64,000 bases of DNA from Octopus sinensis (lineage: Eukaryota): the NCBI RefSeq assembly GCF_006345805.1, contig NC_043012.1, positions 16,802,001 to 16,866,000 on the forward strand, in the 5' to 3' direction. The position numbers and the translations under genes were made by a program. Below are positions 23,560 to 36,929 of the stretch, piece after piece (the first letter of the stretch is position 1; each line of letters opens with the position of its first letter). Below the pieces are notes generated by a model. It was not told the DNA's origin, did not search any database, and saw only the letters and a program-made list of their open reading frames with translations.

Positions 23560-23795
23560 GGTCGTGGCCAGTGCAGGTGACAGATAGGTAAAGGGCACCT
23601 GTGCCAGTGACACATAAAAGACACCCAGTGCAGTCAGTAAAGTGGTTGGTGTTAGGAAGAGCATCCAGCCGTAGAAACCAAGCCAAATCAGACAGTTGGA
23701 GTCTGGTGCAGCTCTCTGGCTTACCAGCGCCTGTCAAACTGTCCAACACATGCTAGCATGGACAATGCACATTAAATGATGTTGACGATGATGAT
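23560..23795 (+). mobile_element. SINE family C, 3' part
   Basis: AGGAAGAGCATCCAGCCGTAGAAAC...(ATG)n tail. Confidence 0.75.
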
Positions 23796-24132
23796 GAAAA
23801 TATATAAACATTTAAAGAACAGAATGTTTTGAAGGAATGGCTATAAGTGATTATCCAAATCAAAACTTTAATTGAAGGTAGTTTGTGTCTAAATTAACGA
23901 ACAACTCCATGTCATACAATGCAGAGTAGATATACGAAAATCTTTTAAACAGTTAAATCAAAGGATGTTATAGTGAAGACTGAAGAAACTGCACCGGTAT
24001 TAAAGTAAAGTTGCAATTGCATCAGTTACTAATCGATGCAGTAAAAACACATGCAGGTCTATTTGAATCTGTGTGTATACAAAAAAGAATTAAAGCTAAT
24101 GCTAATGTTACTTTGTAATAATAATAATAATA

Positions 24133-24167
<35 letters not shown>

Positions 24168-24330
24168 GGCGCAGGAGTGGCTGTGTGGTAAGTAGCTTGC
24201 TAACCAACCACATGGTTCCGGGTTCAGTCCCACTACGTGGCATCTTGGGCAAATGTCTTCTGCTATAGCCCCGGGCTGACCAATGCCTTGTGAGTGGATT
24301 TGGTGGACGGAAACTGAAAGAAGCCTGTCG

Positions 24331-24369
<39 letters not shown>

Positions 24370-24576
24370 TTGTGTGTCTGTGTTTGTTCCCCTAGCATTG
24401 CTTGACAACCGATGCTAGTGTGTTTATGTCCCCGTAACTTAGCGGTTCGGCAAAAGAGACCGATAAATAAGTACTGGGCTTACAAAGAATAAGTCCCAGG
24501 GTTGATTTGCTCGACTAAAGGCGGTGCTCCAGCATGGCCGCAGTCAAATGACTGAAACAAGTAAAAGAGTAAAGAG
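24168..24576 (+). mobile_element. SINE family A inserted in (TAA)n
   Basis: Full length; TAA repeats on both sides. Confidence 0.88.
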
Positions 24577-24623
24577 TGATAATAATAATAATAATAATTA
24601 TTGTTATTATTACTATTATTATT

Positions 24624-25100
24624 AAGGTGGCGAGTTGGCAGAATCGTTAGCATGCTGGGCAAAATGCTTAGTGGTATTTCGTCTGCTGCTATGTTCTGAG
24701 TTCAAATTCTGCCAAGGTCATCTTTGCCTTCCATCCTTTTGGGGTCGAAGAAATAAGTACCAATTGTGTACTGGGGTCGATCATAATTGACTAGCCCCCC
24801 TCCCCCCAAATTTCAGGCCTTGTGCCAATAATAGAAAGGATTATTATCATCATCATCATCATTATTATTATTATGATTATTAAGGTGGCGAGCTGGCGGA
24901 ATCGATAGCACGCCGGGAGAAATGCTTAGCAGTGTTTCGTCTGCCGCTACTTTTTGAGTTCAAATTCCACCAAGGTTGACTTTGCCTTTCATCCTTTCGG
25001 GGAGTTGAAGAAATAAGTACAGGTCAAGTGCTAGGATTGATGTAATTGACTGCCCCCTCCCCTCCACGAAATTTCAGGCCTTGTACCATTGGTAGAAAGG

Positions 25101-25150
<50 letters not shown>
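24624..25150 (+). mobile_element. Two tandem SINE B copies with the alternative (ATT)n tail (B2)
   Basis: Heads at about 24624 and 24881; tails CCCCCTCCCC..AAATTTCAGGCCTTGT..GAAAGGATTATT. Confidence 0.8.
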
Positions 25151-25169
<19 letters not shown>

Positions 25170-25399
25170 GATATTAAATACTCCAAGAAACCTATATGGT
25201 TAAGGTAATATATTTAGAATTATCTCTAAATTCTTATCTTACGAGAATTATTATTGGACTTATATATGAACTGTTGAATAATCTATTATGAATACCTAAC
25301 TGTGCGCAAACCGGTGAATGTTTGGAGAAATCCCCTAAAGGTAATGCTAATGTTATTTTGTAATAATCCTTATTATATATATATAAAGCATATTACTCT

Positions 25400-25665
25400 A
25401 CCCCTGGTGGCACGTAAAAAGCACCATCCGTCCGTAGCCATTTGCCAGCTCCGTCTGGCACCTGTGCGGGTGGCATGTAAAAAGCACCCACTACACTCAC
25501 GGAGTGGTTGGCGTTAGGAAGGGCATCCAGCCATAGAAACACTGCCAGATCAGACTGGGCCTGATGCAGCCTTCTGGCTTCACAGACCCCAGTTGAACCG
25601 TCCAACCCATGCTAGCATGGAAAGCGGATGCTAAATGATGATGATGATGATGATGATGATGATAT
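25400..25665 (+). mobile_element. SINE family C
   Basis: Partial 61-bp units plus the standard tail. Confidence 0.82.
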
Positions 25666-25671
25666 CTATAT

Positions 25672-25835
25672 ATATACCAGAGTAAGCATGTAAATGCAAA
25701 CCAAGGTGGAAAAAAATAGTACTTGAATACCAGAGGTAGAGTAATATGCCTTATTAATAAAGCTGCAAGGACATCACAAAACCTGTTACTCAGAGTTTCA
25801 TGTTCCCGTTTATCGGACAGTTTTTGTTTAGAATG
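25672..25835 (-). mobile_element. Penelope-like remnant, same family as 21855-22083, with a degenerate HHR (25783-25820)
   Basis: Shares ATACCAGAG..AAGGTGGAAAAA..GGTAGAGTAATATGC; minus strand reads CTGT CCGATAA ACG-GGAA-CAT GAA ACTC-T-GAGT A ACAG. Confidence 0.65.
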
Positions 25836-26101
25836 GAACAAAATAAGGTTATATGCATAAATGTACAATTACTTTGATAGATACACATTTGAAAATCGTT
25901 TTTCTTTGGAATAGAAAAAAAAATCTATCTTTATTTCTTCTTTTGCTGGTGTCTCAAATTTAGGTTAAATCAGTGATTCTCAAAGGCAAGGCCTATGGGA
26001 CGGTCAGACAAGTTGTTTTGAGAAATTTGGTTTAAATGTTTGACAACTTAGCACCGTCCATTGGACTGGGGGGAAGGAGGCGTTTTGCTCGTATACATAT
26101 A

Positions 26102-26135
<34 letters not shown>

Positions 26136-26270
26136 CTTTATTTTAAATAAAGCATATTACTCTACCCCAATATAGGTCATGTATTAGCATGCATATTTAT
26201 AAAAATTAACAGAATGAGATAAAAATATCCAAGGTGGTGTATAGTTTTCAGAACATTTATGAAGGGAAGG

Positions 26271-26316
26271 TCTTACTGCTGTTTCCGGGATATTTTATAT
26301 ATCCCTTCATCAGAGA
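26271..26316 (-). ncRNA. Minimal type I hammerhead-like motif (separate family)
   Basis: TCT CTGATGA A GGGATAT-ATAAA-ATATCCC G GAA ACAGCAGT A AGA; 7-bp stem II, near-palindromic stem III, only 3-bp stem I. Confidence 0.6.
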
Positions 26317-26369
26317 TGGTTAGAGAAAATGTTTAAGTAATAGTTATTATAGAGAAGATATGAAATACA

Positions 26370-26790
26370 GATTGAAGTGGAGGAATGAAAACAGACATAA
26401 TCAGAATCGAAATCGATCAATGGAAATTGCAGATGTGTTACCAGTGCCGGTGGCATGTAAGAGAACTTTCCGTTTCGCGACCGTTGCCAGCACCGCCCTG
26501 TTTCGTGTCCGTTGCCAGCCTCGCCTGGCCCTCGTGCCGGTGGCACATAAAAAGCACCATCCGTTCGTGGCCGTTTGCCAGCTCTGTCTGGCACCAGTGC
26601 GGGTGGCACGTAAAAAAGCACCCACTACACTCACGGAGTGGTTGGCGTTAGGAAGGCATCCAGCCGTAGAAACACTGCCAGATTTGACTGGGCCTGATGA
26701 AGCCTTCTGGCTTCACAGACCCCAGTAGAACCGTCCAACCCATGCTAGCATGGAAAACGGACGCTAAACGATGATGATGATGATGATGAT
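26370..26790 (+). mobile_element. SINE family C
   Basis: 5' ATCGATCAATGGAAATTGCAG segment, three to four internal units, (ATG)n tail. Confidence 0.85.
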
Positions 26791-27246
26791 ATATATATGT
26801 ATGTATCTCAATGAATAGGGTACTAGCCTGTCACTTGGTTAACTGTCTAGCAAATACTGGAATTCATTTACAGCTGGGTGGACATGAAAAATGTGAAATG
26901 AAGGGCTTTACTCAAGAATACAATGAACTGTTCAGTCTGGGTATTTAACTATATTTATATATATATATCTTCATCATCATCCAGTGTTTTAAATCCGGGT
27001 TTTGTCCCTGTTAACAGGGGTGGCCAGATCTACCTCAATGCCATAGCAACTGAAGTAGGCAGGTGCAGCCTACCCCAACCTTTGGGTTGGCTGGTGCCCA
27101 TTCTCCTTTGTTATCAAGAGGCTTTGTTGGAGTTGGATTTTCTATAGAGAGCATGTTCTTGCTTATTCCCAACCTCAGTTTCTAGACATGATTGGTCCCG
27201 AGATCAAGGCTGCTTCTGTTTCATATTTGAGTGTGTTTGTGTTTGT

Positions 27247-27657
27247 GTGCAGGAGTGGCTGTGTGGTAAGTAGCTTGCTTACCAACCACATGGCTCCGGG
27301 TTCATTCCCACTGCGTGGTACCTTGGGCAAGTGTCTTCTACTATATCCTCAGGCCGACCAAAGCCTTGTGAGTGGGTTTGGTAGATGGAAACTGAAAGAA
27401 GCCCATCGTATATATGTATATATATATGTTTGTGTGTCTGTTTGTCCCCCCAACATTACTTGACAACCGATGGTGGTGTGTTTACTTTCCCGTAACTTAG
27501 TGGTTCGGCAAAAGAGGCTGATAGAATAAGTACTAGGCTTACAAAGAATAAGTTCTGGTGTCAATTTGCTCGACTAAAGGCGGTGCTCCCGATTTGCTCG
27601 ATTAAAGGCGGTGCTCCAGCATGGCTGCAGTCAAATGACTGAAACAAGTAAAAGAGT
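27247..27657 (+). mobile_element. SINE family A with a 28-bp internal duplication
   Basis: ATTTGCTCGA(C/T)TAAAGGCGGTGCTCC occurs twice near 27563-27618. Confidence 0.85.
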
Positions 27658-28390
27658 ATATACATACATATATATACAAATACACACACACACACATAAC
27701 CTAAATGTACACACACACACACACATATACCTAAATGTACACACACACACACACACGTATATGTGCATGTATATGTGCACATATATGTATATGTAAAGAA
27801 TATGGTGGGGTTTAGTTCACTGATGTAAACGAATAGTTACGCTGTGTAAGTGCTATAATTGGTCGTCCGTTAGGTTCCAAGTTCACAGCTGAGGCTGGAG
27901 CTAGACATCCGCAGTAGCTTCCAAGTCAGCAGGTATATACTTTATATGTGTGTACATATATTTACACACACACACACACACACATACACACACAAACCCA
28001 TGTATGTTCACTCCTCACCTGACTGATTTGGTTTTAGCGGAGAGAAAATTGTTTATCCATTAGAATAAACATTCCATATTATCATCTCCAGATGGATTTT
28101 GCTGGAACAAACGTTTTTTAGTATTGATTAACCTAGCTCGTGTTATTGTCGTTGGCTTCGTTTAGCCTCAGATCAGTCTTTTACCAAACATGTCTAGGAA
28201 TGACGGCATTCTAACCATTACTATCCCTTCGAGTATAGTGTTACTCTGACTACATTGCCCTCAGTAAATGACTGGTTTTTCTTTTACTGACCTGGCTGGG
28301 ATGAGAGCGGATGAGGATGATAACGATGTTTAACACCCAAGTCACGCATGATGGAGCAGATCAATGATCAAAAGCATTCATACCTTAGTC

Positions 28391-28677
28391 CAGTGGTTCC
28401 CAGACTTTTTCAGGCTGCCACCCCCTCAGCACCCGAGCCACATTCCTACCCCCTCCTCCACTTACCACCCTTAACAGAGACTACTATCTACAGTAAATTC
28501 AACACAACTGTATTTCACAAATAAAACCTAACCTAATTAATTCATTGTCTGGGATTTTTTTGCATACATTTCCCCACCTTTTGGTTGTTCCACTATCACC
28601 CAACTTTTCTTCAATGCCCACCCTGGATCTTTCCACTGTCTGCAAGGGAACAGTACCGCCCACTTTGGGAACCACTG
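28391..28677. mobile_element. hAT (Charlie-like) MITE
   Basis: TIRs CAGTGGTTCCCA / TGGGAACCACTG; degenerate 8-bp TSD CCTTAGTC / CCCTAGAC. Confidence 0.75.
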
Positions 28678-29020
28678 CCCTAGACTGTAATGTTGTTTGA
28701 GAGGTATTTGGCTGTTATTTCTAGCAAGTTTAGCAACCGCATAGTAGGTCCCTCATTGCTTCTTTGTAAATGTAATTGTCTGTGGGTTAGCTGTGATTGG
28801 GCAGACCTTCCCTTAAATGCATTCCAACTGTGACCATCCTGTCTTTTTCCTGTGTGTATGTAACCCAGGACCCTGTTATCAAATGTGTTCTCTTTTTAGC
28901 TGTATGTTGTTGTTCGAGGTGAGATTTAGCTGCTATTTGTAGCAGGTTGAATGACCTTATAAAAGCACCTTCATTGGCTCTTGCCAGATGTGTATGTGAT
29001 AGGCATTTAGACATCTTCAT

Positions 29021-29239
29021 CCTTTAGCAGTCAGGTTTCTCTATTAAATGCGATGCTTATTTATTCACATAGATTTAAATTAATCCTGATGTATTGCGTT
29101 GCTTTGAGATTTCAATGATGTGATTGTTTATTTTTAGAATAATATTGTAGGGTAAGTGTGAGAAGCCAGATCTGGCTGTTTAAAAAATAAAACAGGCGGA
29201 ATACTTTGACTGGATATGGCTTGTTTAAATTCTAAAGGG
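29021..29239. mobile_element. piggyBac-like MITE, family 2 (inverted relative to 51370-51590)
   Basis: CCTTTAGCA ... CTAAAGGG|TTAA; internal similarity to the 51370 copy. Confidence 0.65.
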
Positions 29240-29266
29240 TTAAATCCAAGCAATGAATTATGTACA

Positions 29267-29571
29267 ATTATTATTATTATTCAGGTCACTGTCTGGAATC
29301 GAACTCGGAATCTTGGGTTTAGTAGCCCGCTCTCTTAACCCCAAGATTCTAAGTTTTGATTCCAGGCAGTGACCTGAATATTAATAATAATAATAATGAT
29401 AATAATAATAATTAATAATAATAATAATAGCAATGAAAAATACCTTAGGAATGAGAACCCAAGTTCGGAATTTCCCCAAGACACCTGATGAAGGCTTGAG
29501 GGTATATCAGCCGAAACGTTGTGTTAACAACAAACAAGATGAGGACAAATATCTGTCAAATGTAAATAATG
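29267..29571 (+). mobile_element. Family H element with an inverted head duplication and the best family-H HHR (29480-29525)
   Basis: Minus-strand head 29267-29340 joined to a plus-strand partial head; GACAC CTGATGA A GGCT..AGCC GAA ACGT T GTGTT. Confidence 0.8.
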
Positions 29572-30109
29572 AATTTTTTTATCTTGATTCAAACCATCAT
29601 GTGTTATTGGACAAACGTCTGCAAGAGATTTGATTGTTATTTCTAGCAGGACAAGTAACCAGTTAATGGCACTTTGTTGGCTTGGCATTGGGGGCTTAAA
29701 CTCATAACACATGGGATCAGCATTAAATATTAAAAACCAAGACATTATGATCTTACCCTTAGTTTATATGCATAAACAACCATTTGAAGAGAAGCATCTC
29801 TAGGTTATTGTTTTGATATCAATATATGACTGGTATTTTTTGTTCCTAATTCAAAATATAAATTTGAATTTGTAAATGTGAGGTGATAAATTAGATACTG
29901 TAAAATGGTTAGTCTCCTCTCTATCCTGCACTGCAGACGAGAGTAATAATTAGTGTGGCCAGGTACCAGACGATCTCTCTTGTGTTGGTACCATGTTAAA
30001 ATCTACCCATAGTAAATGAAAAATGCTCTGCAAAATGATTGGCATTAGGAACAGCATCTTGCCAGCAATGGAACCGTCAGTAAATGACTCTACTAGTTTG
30101 CTGCCTTAA

Positions 30110-30480
30110 TAATAATAATGGTGGAGTATCATAGCCATGTGTTGAAAGGATTTCTTTGAGGCTTGAACAATTCACCTCTGGGAACCTGGATGTTTCATTC
30201 ATCATCCTTAAACAACCCTTATTCAGGGACCTTTTGAGCAGGAAGAGCCACTTGATCTGAAGAAAATTCTAACTGGGCCCCACCTGCAAAATCATGTGCT
30301 GTTTATCATGGTATGAAATCGCCATGTTGCGCACATATTGTTGTGATGCATGTGCCTGGTGTACCCTTATCAGGCGGGTAGTCATGATGGATATACTGGG
30401 CTGTGTATATTTGTACCCCAGTGTCACTTTGATGGCATGCACTGTTCTCTCACTCAATAATAATAATAATAATAATAATC
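30110..30480 (+). mobile_element. Family D repeat ending in (AAT)n (probable LINE 3' end or SINE)
   Basis: Homologous to 37470-37980; ends GCATGCA..CTCTCACTCAATAATAAT. Confidence 0.7.
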
Positions 30481-30724
30481 CATTCCACTAAAAGCACAAG
30501 GACTGAAATTTGGTGGGAGGATTTAAGTTGATTACATCGACCACGGTATTTCAATGGTACTTAATTTATCAACTCCCCAAAAGATGAAGGGCGAAGTTGA
30601 CCTCAGTGGAATTTGAAATGCAGCTAAGCATTTTGCCTGGCATGCTAACAATTCTGTTTGCTTGCTTCCTAAATAATAATAATAGTCATAATAATAATAA
30701 TAGTAATAAAATAATAATAATAAT

Positions 30725-31170
30725 AATAAGAGAAATCAAGGCCAGTAGGCCAGATATAGTTGTCAGAGATTACCAAGAAAAAGTTGCTTTCTAATTTATG
30801 TATGAATACCAACAGATGACAATGTTTCTCTAAAAGAAATGGAGAAACTTTAAAATACAAAGATCTGGAAATGGAGGTAACTTGAATGTGGAGCCTAAAA
30901 ACACAACCAATTCCTATCATAGTAGGTGCATTAGGTATAGTAAAAATAATTCAGACAAATACATAACAAAAACACCAGGACTTACAAGTAGATATAGCAT
31001 ACAAAAAATAGCACTACTGGGCACTGCACACATCCTACATAAAACACTTTTAATACTCTAACCATCAGAGCATCACAGCAAACCACAGCACATACCCAAG
31101 TCACACAGAGCTGCACTCAGTAGTGCAGTGAAAGCACATGATAAAAATAAGACTACTGACTAATAATAAT
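30725..31170 (+). mobile_element. R4/Dong-like non-LTR 3' fragment, decayed
   Basis: Homologous to 36930-37442; flanked by (TAA)n. Confidence 0.78.
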
Positions 31171-31634
31171 AAGAATGGTTCTTAGAAAATCATTTACAAC
31201 AATAATAATGATTAATATTATAATAATTATAATAACGTAAAATATTATAATGTTACATTGCATTTCGAGATAAATTTAGTTTTTACTGTTTATTTTTAAT
31301 CCTCAATCAATAGTGTATTCTCTGTCATTGTTCATGACTTTTAGCCAGTGTTTCACTAACTTGTTAATGTCATGATGGTAGAAATTGCCAGGTCGTTTAC
31401 TTGAAAAGTTCATTGAGCCACATTTTCAGCTCCATGTCAGTGTTGAATGAAATGCTTTGCACACTGTTGGAGAGTGACCAAAAAAGGTGATAATCTGAAG
31501 GTGCTATATATCAGGAGGATATGGTAGGTGTGGTAGAACTTTCTAACCAAGCTCTTGAATGGCATGTTTGGGAAAATTAGTGACATGGGAGTGAGCATTG
31601 TTGTGTTGAAGAAGCTTGCCGTATCACTGGTCAG

Positions 31635-32140
31635 CTCCTTCCTCTACCAGGGTTCCACAGTCACCAACAATGGAGACCTGACCCCAGAGACCAACTATAG
31701 ATGTGGTCTGGCCACTGGGGTATTTACTCTCTATGGAAGCCCCTTTGGTACCACTGCTCTATCTCCTGGGAAGACAAAGCTCTGCATCTACAATGCATCA
31801 GCACTCTCCATTTTCCTCTGTGGAGCAGAAATGTGGCCCCTCTCAAAGACCATGGCAAAGAGGATTGACAGCTTCAATAGCAAAGCTCTGGGAACACTCA
31901 AGAACATCAGATGGTACCATCACGTTTCCAACCAAAAAAACTGTGTGCATGCACACAACAGCCTGCAGCCTCCCATCTCATAGCTACCCACCACATGTGC
32001 TGGTACAGACATATCCTCTCTCTCCTGGTGGATCACCCTACCAGTGTTTTATTCTCAATTGACACAGGAGCTGTAGGCTGAGAAATGGCCTCATAGTAGG
32101 CCCTGCACAAGATGGCAGGATGTGATTGGGGATCTCCAGA
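31635..32140 (+). mobile_element. RTE-clade LINE fragment
   Basis: FLYQGSTVTNNGDL...TKLCIYNASALSIFLCGAEMW...IRWYHHVSN. Confidence 0.82.
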
Positions 32141-33669
32141 GACCCAACATCACCTTGGAGGCTGGCACAGGACCACTAGCAATGGTAAACCTGGTGTCCC
32201 ACCCCACTGTCATGATGACATCTCTGGGATGACTAACCTGGGAAGACCCCCAGCTTCATGATGCAAGAAAACAAGCAAAGCTTGGAATTGACTGTATGAT
32301 TGCTTATAAGCAATTTGTCATGGATTATCCCTTTCTAATCCTACCAAACACAGATCATTATTTTTTGTGGATGCTGCTCTGGCTCGGCTCAGTGTGCTAC
32401 TTGCTTGTTGGGACCCAACCATTATTTCCTCTGCTTCATACTTAAATAAAGACACCATTTTTCATCACTGGTAAGGAAAGCCATTTGAGTCTATGAATAG
32501 CCTGGTGTCAAGTGAGCAAACTGGCAGTGATGGAAGAGTGCTGGAGTTACTCTTTGTTTGGAGTGTGTGGTTTTCATACATCAAGTTATAAGACCTTACC
32601 CATCGAGTGAAGGTGATGGGTGATGGTATAATGAGAGCATCCCATCTGGTTCAGTCAATCCTCATTGAACTGAACAGGTCAGCTGGATTGCCTGTGAGGT
32701 CAAAAATTTCCAATCCTTGAAATGTAAAAATCATTTCTGTGCACTTCTTTTATGGGTGTATCTCATTACATGCACACACACAAAAAACAAAAAAAAAACA
32801 AACAACAAAAAGATAACACAGTGAGGAGTGCTCAGGTCAAAAGGGTCCCCAGTTGTATGGTACTAGGTTCAGTCTCACTGCATGGCACTTTGGAAAGTTT
32901 TTCTACCATAGTTTCAGGCCAACCAAAACGTGATTGGATTTGGTTGATGGAAACTGAAAGAAGCTCATCATATGTGTGTGTGTGTGTGTGTTTGTGTCTG
33001 TGACTGGTGCTAGTGTGTTAACATCCCTGTAACTTAGCAGTTCAGCAAAGAAGACCAACAGAATAAGTCCCAGGCTTAAAAAAAAACAAAACAAAACAAA
33101 GAAACCAAGAAAATACTGGTGTCATTTAATTTGCCTACAAATTCTGCAAGGTGTTGCCCCAGCATGGCCACAGTTTAAATGGCTGAAACAATTAAATGGG
33201 AAAAAGATAAAAGACTAGTAATAAATTTATACCATGAAAGGTCACTGAAACCGGCTTCGGTCCCGATGGACAGATCAGGTCATTTTACAGAATCAATTAC
33301 AGAAGTGCCGAACATTTGTTCCTCCAAGTTCCTTTAGGGTTAACAGAGGGTTTGAACCCATAATAATGTTCTGGGAATTGTCAAGGAAGCACTGCATAGA
33401 TTTTCCGATAAAGAGGAAAAAAGAAAAATTTGGCTATTTTCCAAGAATACTTGACCTGGAAATGCCAGTTCATATTAAGCTGTATAGACATAGCAGTCTA
33501 CATTGATAAAATCAGAACAAAGCCACCATATTCCACACACTTGTCCACCATGCATGCATTAATGGTCTGTAGAATCATCTAGAACTGCTGGATATTGCAT
33601 TTCCTGTTCTCTTCTTTTAGCATATCCATTATTTAAAATTATTATGTAAATATAACTTGCAAATATATG

Positions 33670-33911
33670 AGTCTTTATCTATTGTGTGTGTATTTGTGTA
33701 GTGTATGTATGTTCGTATGTATATGTATATATATATGTATATATATATATACACACACACATAATTATTTATGTATATATGGATATAGTCATTATGCATG
33801 TGAGTGTGCATATATACATATATGTGGATATCTACATACACCCACGCAATCATTAGATATTGTTTATCCTATCTATCTGTCTGTCTGTCTATACTTCTGT
33901 TTATCTATCTG

Positions 33912-33942
<31 letters not shown>

Positions 33943-34006
33943 CTAATGTAATGTTCATTATTTGTGTGTGTATATATATGTATATATATATGTGTGTATA
34001 TATATG

Positions 34007-34039
<33 letters not shown>

Positions 34040-34048
34040 GTATATATA

Positions 34049-34101
<53 letters not shown>

Positions 34102-34120
34102 GTGTGTATGTATATATAAA
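33670..34120. repeat. Compound (TA)/(TG)/(TCTA) microsatellite
   Basis: Direct reading. Confidence 0.9.
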
Positions 34121-34983
34121 AGTAATAATTTATATTCGGGTAGACACCTTGTAGTATGCTGTTTAAAGCCTGTTCACAGTATTTGGCTACCTGATGTCAT
34201 CAACTGGATTCACATCAGGAATTCCTTTGTATCCATAGAGTTTATAAAATATGAAAGAAAGAAATTGAAAGTTTTTAAAGAGCCCTGTGAATTCCATTTT
34301 CTTTCACTCATGTATTATTATACTCTGTGGAGTGGTGGGTGTTAGAAAGGGCATCCAGCCGTAGAAACCCAGCCAAAACAGACTATGGAACCTGCTGTGG
34401 CTCTTGGCCTTGCCACTTCCTGTCAAGTTGTCCAACCCATGCCAGCATGGCAAATGAACATTGAATGTTGATGATGAGGAATGTATGTATATATCTGTTG
34501 ATGAGTGGGTGGAAAGGGCAGTGCCCATAGTTTTTTCAACACCTCCTACATCGGTGAGACTGATGCCATTTAATGTTCCTCATAAAGATTTGTACTTCAA
34601 CACCTGTTGGGAGTACATGAGCAGGGAAAGAATTCCAGAGAGATGGTATATTCTGGGAGAGAAAGACTGAGTATAGTGGTCTGTGCAGATCTTGGGCTGT
34701 TTGGTGCTGCAAGGGGGGATGAGAAGAGGACAGATGACTTGGATTAGAAAGCCCAAGTGGAGGTAGCATGAACCCAGATAGCTTTGAGTAGCAGAGACTA
34801 TATATAGCAGTGGCTGTGTGGTAAGAAGCTTGCTTCCCAACCACATGTTTCCGGGTTCAGTCCCACTGAATGGCACTTTGGGCAAGTGTCTTCTACTACA
34901 GTCTCAGGCTGACCAAAGCCTTGTGAGTGGATGTAGTAGATAGAAACTGAAAGAAGCCCATCGAATATATATATATATATATA

Positions 34984-35415
34984 TCATCATCATCATCATC
35001 ATCGTTTAGCGTCCGCTTTCCATGCTAGCATGGGTTGGACGGTTCAACTGGGGTCTGGGAAGCCAGAAGGCTGCACCAGGCCCAGTCTGATCTGGCAATG
35101 TTTCTACGGCTGGATGCCCTTCCTAACGCCAACCACTCCGTGAGTGTAGTGGGTGCTTATTACATGCCACCGGCACGGGGGCGAGGCAAGGCTGGCAACA
35201 GCCATGAACGGATGGTCCTTTTTACGTGCCACTGGCACGAGGCCAGTCGGGGCAGTGCTGGCAATGGCCACGTTCGGATGGTTCTCTTACGTGCCACCGG
35301 CACTAGTATCACAGCTGCAATTTTCATTGATGTTGACCAATTTCGATTCTCACTTGCCTCAACAGGTCTTCACAAGTAGAGTTTTGTGTCCCAAGAAGGA
35401 ACGGTATGCATAAGT
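34984..35415 (-). mobile_element. SINE family C with extended 5' sequence
   Basis: (CAT)n then the reverse-complement tail, internal units, and CACTTGCCTCAACAGGTCTTCACAAG 5' segment; abuts a SINE A 5' half (34810-34965). Confidence 0.85.
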
Positions 35416-35589
35416 GATATATATATATAAAACCTCAGAGCTCTTATGGTACCTGTCTGTAAAATTTATCCCTCTATACTCATTGTACATACATGCATGC
35501 GTACATATATACATACATACAAATATACACACATATATGGTGGTTGTCTACTCCTTATACAGAGTTTGACCACCTCCTGTACCTACACC

Positions 35590-36280
35590 TTAGCACCATC
35601 ATGGTGTCTGATGTGGCTTTTTAAACCCAGACAATATTCTGAAAAGACACCACATAGATTGCACCTCTGATTTGGACCACCAATACCTGTAGATAAGTTC
35701 TGCTCTTTGTGGATCTTAACATGTCTTTTGAGTCCTCCGTTGGATTTCCCAACCTTCTGGCATACACTGCATTCAAAAGTGTGCACAGACATATAGGCAG
35801 AATAGTTGGTGGAGGTTCATTTTTCATGCGTTCGCCCATGAGAATTGAGGCCAGCCAAAGACAGGCATAGTTTGTCACCGACTGTGCACACAAAAAGGTC
35901 ATTGTCAATCACCTTCTCAATCATTCCATTCTTCCTTAGATCTCTTTTGAGTCTTACTTACATTATCTTGGTCTCTCCAAATGCTTTTACTCCACTCCAC
36001 ACTTTTGTTCACCATCCAACTCGATCTGAAGCAAGGGTTTCTATATCTTCTGGGACCATTCCAAGTAACTTCATAGTAGTCCTTATGCCGTCCTTAAACC
36101 TTTTTTTAGATTTACGCTGATAGCTTTTTCCCTCTGCAAGCTCACCAAAAATAGCTGTTTCAGCATGCGTTCATCTGCTATTCGAACAATATGGCCACAC
36201 CATCTCAAATGATTCCTTAAAATCATAGCTTTAATTGAGGGGATGCCTGCAGATGCAAGGACATCTGTGTTTGGAGTAAA
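35590..36280 (-). mobile_element. RTE (BovB-like) LINE 3' fragment with C2H2-like zinc fingers
   Basis: AGIPSIKAMILRNHLRWCGHIVRIADERMLKQL, then FECSVCQKVGKSNGGLKRHVKIH and CNLC...LKSHIRHH. Confidence 0.82.
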
Positions 36281-36929
36281 AGGACATACATACATACATA
36301 GTAAAATCTCTCTGTTTCCGTCAACCAAACCCACTCACAAGGCTTTGGTTAGCCTTAGGTTATAGTAGAAGACACTTGCCCAAGTGTGTGCATGTGTGTG
36401 TGTAGTTGTGGTTGTATAGATACAGTTATGCGTTATTGATGTAACAAAACAAATCTGGGAAATTGGAAAAAATATTTATCAGTCATTTTCTGGGACCAAC
36501 ATTATGACACTCCTTTGTTTCATATGTGTAGCCTTGTACCCAACAAGAGAAATTATTATTTCTATCATTGGTGTGATGATGATGATGATGATCATTATAT
36601 CACTATCAATATGAACATCATCACTACTATTCTGTTACAGAATTGAAGCTTACGGATTTTGACAAAATCTACAGCGTTTATTGACAAACAGGATTTTACC
36701 CAGCAAAGAGAGAAACAAATGCTGTCCTTTATTTGCTTTGGTACAAACAGACTATGTCCTATTGTCTTAATGAGGTCCTGTTTGTTTGGTTTTATATAAA
36801 GCAGCATTTTGACAAGTTATTTCAATAGTTTTCTTTGATTCATGCTGTCATAAACTAGAGCATGTTTATATTTAAAAACTTTGTTCTTTGTGTAATTTTC
36901 ACATAATAATAATAATATAATAATAATAG

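Noticed and set aside
26694-26716. CTGATGA followed by an AGCC/GGCT hairpin in SINE C (also 47558 and 61908)
   Set aside because: No GAAA or stem III follows, and most copies have CTGGTGCA
27785-27935. Possible 5' UTR exon ending CAGCAG|GTATAT
   Set aside because: Weak donor and no acceptor or other support
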